Shown here one piece after another: positions 57,242 through 64,000 of a stretch of DNA of 64,000 bases (positions are counted from its first letter, which is position 1; every line of letters begins with the position of its first letter). The notes below the pieces were generated by a model. The model saw nothing but the letters and a program-made list of their open reading frames with translations, had not been told where the DNA came from and ran no database searches. Source of the DNA: an uncultured virus (IMG/VR IMGVR_UViG_3300046336_000146) (taxonomy: Duplodnaviria; Heunggongvirae; Uroviricota; Caudoviricetes); the IMG/VR virus record IMGVR_UViG_3300046336_000146, one strand, 5' to 3'. The position numbers were made by a program, and so were the translations under genes.

Positions 57242-58900
57242 TTAGGCTTTAGTATCACCAAGTAAGAAAAAGCTTGATGTGTTTAATTTTCTTTCTATAT
57301 AAGTAGCATAACCTTGTCCTTTGCTTTTTAACCCTATAGGATTAGTTAACGAAACTCCTGTTCCTACAAAAGTAACATCTCCTATTCCTTCTTGAATAAA
57401 CCCTACTCCAAAATTAGCGGTTGTTACTGTTGTATTAATAGTAATAGTTATTGGTGTTGCTCCGTTGTTTATAAAAATAGTTTGCCCATTATCAGAATTA
57501 GCAATAGTTGTACTGCTTGTTATTTCTCTTTGTCTTGATAAGTATTCTTTTGTAACTAAGACTTTTTCAGAAGCTGTATCTATCAGATTTATAGTTAAAC
57601 TGGGGGTTGTTATAGTACCATTTTTTAATATTGTGAGGGCATTAGATTTTAATACGCCACTACTCCCGTTTCCAATACTAAAAAGTTTATCTAAAGGGTT
57701 AAAACTGTTTGTGCTTAATGGCGCAGGGGAGTCGTCAGGATAAGTCCCCATTATGGTTTCTGCAAATGATTTAGCATTACCTAATAGAGATATAGATTTT
57801 GAGTATTCTCCACTACTTTCACCAAGACCTATCACCGCACTATAATTACCAGAAGCTAAAGAACTCCCAGGTATTGATAATCCACCTGTAACCCCTATGC
57901 CTATAGCAAAAGCAGAACTTGCGCTAGCCGTGCCACCATGTAAAGCCATTGTGTTATTTGAACTTGCTGTAGTTATAGCAGCACCTCCACTAATAGCACA
58001 TGAATCATTTCCTGAAGAAATTGTATTCCTACCAATTGCGATAGACCCATCTCCTGTGGCTTTAGCACTAATTGTTTCACTAAATGCCCCAGCTATTGCT
58101 ATAGCATCAAAACCACTAGCTCTAACGTTTCTACCTATAGCAAAAGAATACGCTCCAGTAGCTCCTAATACACTGCTAGAAGAACTTGATGTAGAAAAAT
58201 CTATAGCGGCTAAACCTATATTCCCATAATTACCCGCAAATCTATTTCTTATTACAATACCTTCTCCATTACCTTCATCTATTTTTTCAAAAACACGATT
58301 GTCTACAGGTGTTGTTCCTGATGAGTTAATTACATAAGGTGTAACTGTTGTTCCGTTACCTGAAATAGTTACATTGGTACCTGCCTGTAATTTGGTTTCT
58401 GAACCGTCAGGTGGAGTTGGTAGTGTTACGTTTACTGTGTAAGGGGAGGCTATTGTTCCTACACCGTTAACTGTGGTGTTTGTTCCATTTTGTAACTTTG
58501 TTTCTGAACCATCAGGTACTATAGCTTGAACTGTAATATCTATTTCATTTGCTGTTTCTACAATATCTACAGAGTTATCGGAGGAAGTTAAACTTCTTAA
58601 CTTTTTTTCTCCTAATAAAGTATTGCCTGAATAAATTTTAGATCCAAGTCCTGTATTAACAACTTTAAAGTAATTTTGAATTTCCTCTATTTTAACTTTT
58701 AAGAATTGAAGTATATTGTCTAAAGCAACTGTCAAGAGAGTATTTTTAGGTACTACAGTTGTTGCGTCATACTTTAAGTCTTCTTGGTCAAAGTTTACAC
58801 AATCTGTTGATAAGTCCTTAACTGGGCAAGAACAAGGGACTTGTTCTTCTGAACAAATATGCACTTGTTGGTAGTTATTTTCGTTGCAATTTTCACACAT
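57242..58900 (-). CDS. tail fibre with YadA-like head repeats
   Basis: Cys-rich N-terminus, duplicated PDGSETKLQ.GTN.T..G.GT...PY unit, A.G..S.AIG repeats. Confidence 0.75.
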   Translation of the reverse strand: MCENCNENNYQQVHICSEEQVPCSCPVKDLSTDCVNFDQEDLKYDATTVVPKNTLLTVALDNILQFLKVKIEEIQNYFKVVNTGLGSKIYSGNTLLGEKKLRSLTSSDNSVDIVETANEIDITVQAIVPDGSETKLQNGTNTTVNGVGTIASPYTVNVTLPTPPDGSETKLQAGTNVTISGNGTTVTPYVINSSGTTPVDNRVFEKIDEGNGEGIVIRNRFAGNYGNIGLAAIDFSTSSSSSSVLGATGAYSFAIGRNVRASGFDAIAIAGAFSETISAKATGDGSIAIGRNTISSGNDSCAISGGAAITTASSNNTMALHGGTASASSAFAIGIGVTGGLSIPGSSLASGNYSAVIGLGESSGEYSKSISLLGNAKSFAETIMGTYPDDSPAPLSTNSFNPLDKLFSIGNGSSGVLKSNALTILKNGTITTPSLTINLIDTASEKVLVTKEYLSRQREITSSTTIANSDNGQTIFINNGATPITITINTTVTTANFGVGFIQEGIGDVTFVGTGVSLTNPIGLKSKGQGYATYIERKLNTSSFFLLGDTKA

Positions 58901-58902
58901 AG

Positions 58903-59151
58903 TTATATACTTTCAATTTGAGCTTTTAAACTTAAGAATGCTAAGTATAAAGCTTGATTTATTTCTTTTTGGCTTGAATTTTCAGGCAAGTTTAACTCTG
59001 GGTATAGAGTGGCATCTTTAACACATTGTGCTGAAGTAGTACATCCATTACAGGGGTCTGTTGTTAGTGTAGGTATTTCTATACCTGTTGAACAGGTTTT
59101 AATACCAAAGCCGCTGTTTTCTTCTAAACAATTAAATAAAAAATTTTCCAT
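58903..59151 (-). CDS. small Cys-rich structural protein
   Basis: 82 aa, DPCNGC..SAQCV. Confidence 0.6.
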   Translation of the reverse strand: MENFLFNCLEENSGFGIKTCSTGIEIPTLTTDPCNGCTTSAQCVKDATLYPELNLPENSSQKEINQALYLAFLSLKAQIESI

Positions 59152-59152
59152 G

Positions 59153-59581
59153 TTATCCTGTTATATTATTTAAAATTAAATTTAAAACTTCTCCTAATTT
59201 TGTAGGAGTTTCTCCGCAGGCATCTACTAAACCATTAAACTGCAAGTCACAATCTGTTATATCAAAATCGCAAATAGCTGTCGATTTTAATGTGTTAACT
59301 TCTTGTTTTAAATTACATATTTCTTCTTCGTACTTAAGAAGCACATTTTTTATCTTTACTTTAGATTCCTCAAGAGTGTAATTTAAACATCTTTCTCCTA
59401 AATTATCTGTATTTATGTCGTTAAGGATGTCCTCTATTTGATTATAGATATCCGAAGTGGTCATATCTAAATCTAGGCAATTTTCATTGTTTAAAGAAGA
59501 CTCTAAATTAACAGCCCCTTCGTACCTTGTACAAGTTGCATATTGAACTTCACCTGAACAAGTATATTTAATCTTATTCAT
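59153..59581 (-). CDS. Cys-rich structural protein
   Basis: 142 aa, many Cys, in the fibre cluster. Confidence 0.65.
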   Translation of the reverse strand: MNKIKYTCSGEVQYATCTRYEGAVNLESSLNNENCLDLDMTTSDIYNQIEDILNDINTDNLGERCLNYTLEESKVKIKNVLLKYEEEICNLKQEVNTLKSTAICDFDITDCDLQFNGLVDACGETPTKLGEVLNLILNNITG

Positions 59582-59825
59582 CTATTTGCTTTTTTCTTGT
59601 TAATGCTCTATTTAAAAGTATTATTAGTATTGAGCTGTATAAAAAAGTATGCGTTATACTGTCTTTATAAAATATAAGGAGTATCGCTCCTATAGCAACT
59701 GACCCAAAACAAACTTTTAATATTAATTCATACTTATATGTTTTTACATCTTCAATCTCAATAACCAAGTTAATAATTGCAAAGATTGCAATTAGTAATA
59801 GTATAATATTGTTTACTGTTTCCAT
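59574..59825 (-). CDS. membrane protein (lysis cassette)
   Basis: three hydrophobic helices, next to holin and amidase. Confidence 0.65.
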   Translation of the reverse strand: METVNNIILLLIAIFAIINLVIEIEDVKTYKYELILKVCFGSVAIGAILLIFYKDSITHTFLYSSILIILLNRALTRKKQIDE

Positions 59826-60130
59826 TCGTTTAATTTTTTAACTAATATTCCTTGCATCCCAGTGATACCTATATATCCAATTAATACTGCAATCCCTGTA
59901 CAACTCCTTTCGTCTTTAATGTCTAAAATGTCAGCCGCAAGTGGTGTTAAATAGATAGCTCCTCCAATACCTGTAAATATTGTTCCTATCTTAGTAATCC
60001 AACTTCCTTTCTGACCTTTTATTCCTGCTATAGTTCCTATAAGACCTCCTAGCAGTAACTTAGTCTCAATACCTAAAGTTATTAAATACTCTTGTATATC
60101 CATCTTATCATTTTTTATTCTTTTAATCAA
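59813..60130 (-). CDS. putative holin
   Basis: Gly-rich TM helices (GGLIG, A.YLTP, A.LIG.IG); start probably the second Met (MDIQE). Confidence 0.65.
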   Translation of the reverse strand: MIKRIKNDKMDIQEYLITLGIETKLLLGGLIGTIAGIKGQKGSWITKIGTIFTGIGGAIYLTPLAADILDIKDERSCTGIAVLIGYIGITGMQGILVKKLNEWKQ

Positions 60131-60213
60131 AATTTTAATTTTTGTTTTTAGTAACTTACTGTTATTTACATAGGCGTTGCTTTTTAAAAATAGGTTGAAA
60201 TATTATCTTCGTT

Positions 60214-60759
60214 TTAAATCATTTTTTCAAATTTTAAAATTATATCTGCATGAGCCTTAGCTAACATATTTTTATTTTTATGGTAAGCTTCTAAATCGGA
60301 TTTATTAGAAATAAAACAAATTTCCACTAGACATATGATACCTTCTTCTCTCATAAGTCCTAACGACCCTCTGTGTGATTCTTTTTCTGTTAGTACTCCT
60401 CTATTTTTTATACCTAAGATTGTGCTTGTTGTCTCTACTAACTCTTTTCCAAAAGCTTTGTCTAATCTATCAGCCTCTGCCTCAATTAAAGCTGTTGTTC
60501 CTGTAGCTGTTGTTGAAGCTGCTGCATCAAAATGATACTCTATTACAACACTTCCATTACCTGTTTGTATTCTTTTTAAATACTCGGCTAGTCTTTCATC
60601 ATCATGGTCTTTAATGTATTCAACGTTTGCTTTTTCTAACTCAGCAATTACTAAATCTCTAAATTCCACTGTTAAATCTGCTTCTCTGTACCCATTTCCT
60701 ACCGCTCCTGGGTCTTGTTTTAGTCCCTTGGAGGTATGGCCCGCACTAATATGTATCAT
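60214..60759 (-). CDS. N-acetylmuramoyl-L-alanine amidase (Amidase_3) endolysin
   Basis: ISAGH...DPGA...E, EYHFDA, LVEICFISN zinc/catalytic motifs. Confidence 0.9.
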   Translation of the reverse strand: MIHISAGHTSKGLKQDPGAVGNGYREADLTVEFRDLVIAELEKANVEYIKDHDDERLAEYLKRIQTGNGSVVIEYHFDAAASTTATGTTALIEAEADRLDKAFGKELVETTSTILGIKNRGVLTEKESHRGSLGLMREEGIICLVEICFISNKSDLEAYHKNKNMLAKAHADIILKFEKMI

Positions 60760-60796
60760 AATTTATTTTGATTTTTGTTTTCATAGTTGTTTTATT

Positions 60797-63700
60797 TTAC
60801 CAAGTTGTTAATGCTGTACGTACCCATGTATTAGTTGCAGTACATACATATATGTGTGTTGCTGTTACTCTTATTTCTCCTAGCGTTCCTGTTGCTGTTG
60901 CGCTTGCAGGGGCTGTATTTAGTGCTGATAGGTTGTGGGCTGTGGCGGTTATAACTCCTAGTTTGTCTACCGTGAAGGTGTTTGTGCCGTTGTTTTGACC
61001 TACGTAGTTTAAGCCCGTTCCAGTAGTTCCTATGTCTGAAATTATATTTGTTCCTGTTGATGTGCCTCTAATAATAAAGCCTCTGCCATTTGATGAATTT
61101 CCTATATTAAATGCATCTCCTCCCCCTGTATTCGATGCACTTATACCGATTCCAGTAGAGCTATTTGTAATACCTATTGCACTACCTAGATTAGAAGTGT
61201 TCTGTGCCGATAGAGAGGTTTTTCCAACTATACCGTTTGTAGATGTCAGAAATACTTTGTCACCAGTAATCGTTTGACTTCCTGTTATATTGACAAACGT
61301 ACCTGTTATAGCATTAGTAACAAAAGCCGTAGTAGCCACCTGCGTAGTATTCGTTCCTGCTGTGGCTGTTGGGGCTGTTGGTGTACCTGTAAAAGTTGGA
61401 CTTGCCAAAGGTGCTAATCCTGAGATTTGACTCAATACAACCACTTGATTTGATAGTGTGGCTGGGGAGGCTGAGATTGTGCCGTTAGCTTGGATGATGT
61501 TCGTTAGGTCGTCGGTGGTGGTGCCGAATAGTACTCGACCAGCATTTACAACTTTTATTCTTGAAATTGCATTTGTAAAAAAATTTAGATTTCCAGTCGT
61601 TGTAATTAAACTTACTTCATTTGGTGTAGTGTAAGTTGAACCTCCTAATTCTAAATAAGAAGTCGTAGTTGAGTTACCTAAAATAAACCTACCCGCATTG
61701 TCGCCGCCTCTTAATCGCGCATCTGATGTAACTATTGCTACCGCTGTACCATCATCAACTATACTACTTTGAACAACCCCCCCACTACCAAACTTAGTTA
61801 AATAATTAGCTGTTCCTGAGATTGTGTTTTGTTTCAAAGCCAACCCATCAAACACCGCATTACCACTCACAGGATTAGTAGAACCGTCTATAATTGTTTG
61901 GTCAACTGTTAAGGCACTTACTCCACTATCCAACTTAATCGTTACACTATTTACTCTAGCAACTGTACTACTCTCAATAAATGCACTTACTTCCGTTCCT
62001 GACGCAATTGTCGGAGCGTATGGCGATGCGCCTGTAATTGTAAGGCTTGTAAATCTCGGTACCGTGTATAATATTCCTGTGCCAGTAGCCACGTTATTAA
62101 GTCCTAGTTTAATCCTAACTGTGGTCGCTTGATTAGATGTATTTGTAAAATTAATTGACCATTGTAAGGTCGGACTTGTCATAGCCTGAGTTAGCGTGAT
62201 AAGCGCGTTCATCTTAGTAGGCGTGTTGGCTACTAAGTTTTGAACTGTTGAATTTGTGGCTGTAGGTGCATATAGCCCTGTATCACGTTTTACGGGAATT
62301 AATTGTCCGTCTAAACCAACGCCTACTAAGTGGTCTGTGAATCCTGCCAAGCTGTTTACAACTGCGCTAGGTGCGTCTAATAGAACACCTGTACTTCCTT
62401 TTATGCTAACATGGTCATCATTAGTTTCAATTGCTCCTAAGTTGTTGCCTGAAACGTCTAGGATAGGTAATGAGTTTTCAATTCCTGATTTGTTGACTTT
62501 TGTATCTAGTGCTGTTTGTGTAGCTGTTGAAATAGGTTTGTTTACATCAGAAGTGTTGTCTACATTTGACAATCCTACATCAGATTTTGATAAATCAATA
62601 TTACCTGTTCCTAAAATAGATTGACCTTCAATAGTTTTTATAGTTGTTCCTGAAACTAATTGACTTTGTTTATTATTAAAAGTATTCCAATCTGTACTAG
62701 AAAGTGCCCCTGTAGTAGAAGTGTTGGCTAAACCTAAACTTAACTGTTGAGTAGATAAACTTAAACCATTAGCAGTCCCAAGTGTGACAGCGTTGTGCCT
62801 TGCTGCAGTGTTGGCTGCAACATTGGCATTAGCACTTACTCTTGCTTCAGTGTAATAAAGATTTGTATTTTCTGTTACTTGAGAAGTGTTATAATCTCCT
62901 AATTGTGCAACTACATTTCCAGTTCTTCCAAAAACTGTTGAAACCGCATCTGTGTTATCTACTTTACTCCAAGAAGTTCCGTCTGAAATAATCCAATCCC
63001 CAGTCTTAAAATCTATTCCAAATCTGTTACCATCTGCTGTACAAATATAGTAATGTCCTTTTGGACTAACTGTTGTGAGGTTTGGTAAGTTAGTAGATGG
63101 ATTCCATAGCCCTTGGTAGTTTACATTACCAATTAAAGAATCATTAATGTGAATTAAAGGTACTTTGTTATTACTATCTAATGGTGTATATCCATTTGCA
63201 ATTCCTTTTTGATTTTTATCTTCTTTATTGTTTAAAGCAGCTTGAGTTGCAGTGCTGATAGGTTTTGCTAAATCTGAGGTATTATCTACATTTGATAAGC
63301 CAACATCAGATTTGTTTAAGTCTATATTACCACTTCCTATTAAAGATTGCCCCTCTATTGTTTTAATATTTGTACCTGAAACAAGATTTGGCTGTTTTGA
63401 ATCCAAAGCTGTTTGTAGTCCAGTAACATCTGCAATAATGTGTGTGTGATTAGATGGGGGAAATGATGTTGGCTTATCTGATAAATCATCATAACTTATT
63501 TGTACATTTCCTACTCCTTCAAGGCTATCTCCATTTATTGTTTTTAGCGGCCTTTTTAGTTTTATAGACGTTGTTGTCTCATCTCCTGTGTTTATGCCAC
63601 TTTGATTATCTAGATTAGTTTTATCTCCACTTTCAAATAAACTTGCCTCAGAAGCTTGAAAAATAGGGTCTACTTCTTCTGTTAAGTACCCTGCATCATT

Positions 63701-64000
63701 TATTAAATCTGAAACATTGTCTCCTGGCTGTATTGCAGAATTTATTATTGATAATAATGCAGGAGATACATTGATAGTTTTTGTTGCAAATCCTGTTATA
63801 ACTAAATTACCGTCTGTATTTTTTATATCTTTAATAAAATCTGTTACATCTGGTGAATTGTCTATAGGATAAGGTATTCCATTTTTATCCGTAACATACA
63901 AAGAGAATTTATCCTCGTTTTCCCCTTTAACAACTACTACTCTGCTAGGTTGTAAATTAGAAAGAGTTTTTACAATTTGTATTTTTATAGGGGTTTCTTT
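60797..64000 (-). CDS. long tail fibre protein, 5'-truncated by the window edge
   Basis: frame is open from 64000 (KETPIKIQ...) through the track's TTG63901; fibre motifs DVGLSNVDNTSD..KP.STA, LASPTFTGTPTAPT, ATTAFV. Confidence 0.8.
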   Translation of the reverse strand, partial: KETPIKIQIVKTLSNLQPSRVVVVKGENEDKFSLYVTDKNGIPYPIDNSPDVTDFIKDIKNTDGNLVITGFATKTINVSPALLSIINSAIQPGDNVSDLINDAGYLTEEVDPIFQASEASLFESGDKTNLDNQSGINTGDETTTSIKLKRPLKTINGDSLEGVGNVQISYDDLSDKPTSFPPSNHTHIIADVTGLQTALDSKQPNLVSGTNIKTIEGQSLIGSGNIDLNKSDVGLSNVDNTSDLAKPISTATQAALNNKEDKNQKGIANGYTPLDSNNKVPLIHINDSLIGNVNYQGLWNPSTNLPNLTTVSPKGHYYICTADGNRFGIDFKTGDWIISDGTSWSKVDNTDAVSTVFGRTGNVVAQLGDYNTSQVTENTNLYYTEARVSANANVAANTAARHNAVTLGTANGLSLSTQQLSLGLANTSTTGALSSTDWNTFNNKQSQLVSGTTIKTIEGQSILGTGNIDLSKSDVGLSNVDNTSDVNKPISTATQTALDTKVNKSGIENSLPILDVSGNNLGAIETNDDHVSIKGSTGVLLDAPSAVVNSLAGFTDHLVGVGLDGQLIPVKRDTGLYAPTATNSTVQNLVANTPTKMNALITLTQAMTSPTLQWSINFTNTSNQATTVRIKLGLNNVATGTGILYTVPRFTSLTITGASPYAPTIASGTEVSAFIESSTVARVNSVTIKLDSGVSALTVDQTIIDGSTNPVSGNAVFDGLALKQNTISGTANYLTKFGSGGVVQSSIVDDGTAVAIVTSDARLRGGDNAGRFILGNSTTTSYLELGGSTYTTPNEVSLITTTGNLNFFTNAISRIKVVNAGRVLFGTTTDDLTNIIQANGTISASPATLSNQVVVLSQISGLAPLASPTFTGTPTAPTATAGTNTTQVATTAFVTNAITGTFVNITGSQTITGDKVFLTSTNGIVGKTSLSAQNTSNLGSAIGITNSSTGIGISASNTGGGDAFNIGNSSNGRGFIIRGTSTGTNIISDIGTTGTGLNYVGQNNGTNTFTVDKLGVITATAHNLSALNTAPASATATGTLGEIRVTATHIYVCTATNTWVRTALTTW
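62500..63400 (-). repeat. two approx. 58-codon repeats within the tail fibre (about 62500-62672 and 63228-63400)
   Basis: KQ..LVSGT.IKTIEGQS..G.GNIDL.KSDVGLSNVDNTSD..KPISTATQ.AL..K occurs twice. Confidence 0.85.

Noticed and set aside
15734..63449. Many 60-190 aa + strand ORFs opposite the large - strand genes (e.g. 28095..28664, 35944..36420, 20787..21236)
   Set aside because: Antisense shadows of long coding frames with Ser/Phe/Leu-biased composition and no motifs or promoters.
1..64000. Stop-codon reassignment as in some crAss-like phages
   Set aside because: Code 11 gives dense, full-length genes, and TAG and TGA both end tightly packed ORFs.
1..64000. CRISPR array, tRNA/rRNA genes, integrase or transposase
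   Set aside because: No regularly spaced repeats, cloverleafs or recombinase motifs seen by eye; tRNAscan-SE was not run.

Overview
AT-rich segment of a large dsDNA phage that most likely infects a Bacteroidetes (Flavobacterium/Cellulophaga-like) host. Its organisation resembles crAss-like podophages, and it reads in the standard genetic code. The + strand arm (1-14.7 kb) holds replication and host-takeover genes: a family A DNA polymerase split by an HNH endonuclease gene, an HD hydrolase, a VirE_N/primase-like protein, a metallophosphoesterase, an Endo VII-type nuclease and many small ORFs, plus one antisense receiver-domain gene. It converges at about 14.76 kb with a long - strand virion/lysis arm carrying tail fibres, amidase and holin, ring proteins, an IHF-like protein, a split muzzle/stabilisation protein, and giant internal (ejected) proteins with ART, GNAT and peptidase domains. 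Bacteroidetes-type TTTG-N19/20-TAnnTTTG promoters occur on both arms. The most striking pattern is in five cargo proteins in gene order (about 5,480 aa in total): they contain cysteine only at their termini, in the arrangement expected for a head-to-tail linked chain. Other highlights are a repeated (Y/M)AQQG linker motif in three further cargo proteins, an intron-less split polymerase, an ATC-start gene with a strong Shine-Dalgarno, a 93-bp identical terminator/promoter cassette downstream of paralogous fibre genes, and a probable antitoxin mimic. Family assignments come from motif recognition by eye, not database searches.
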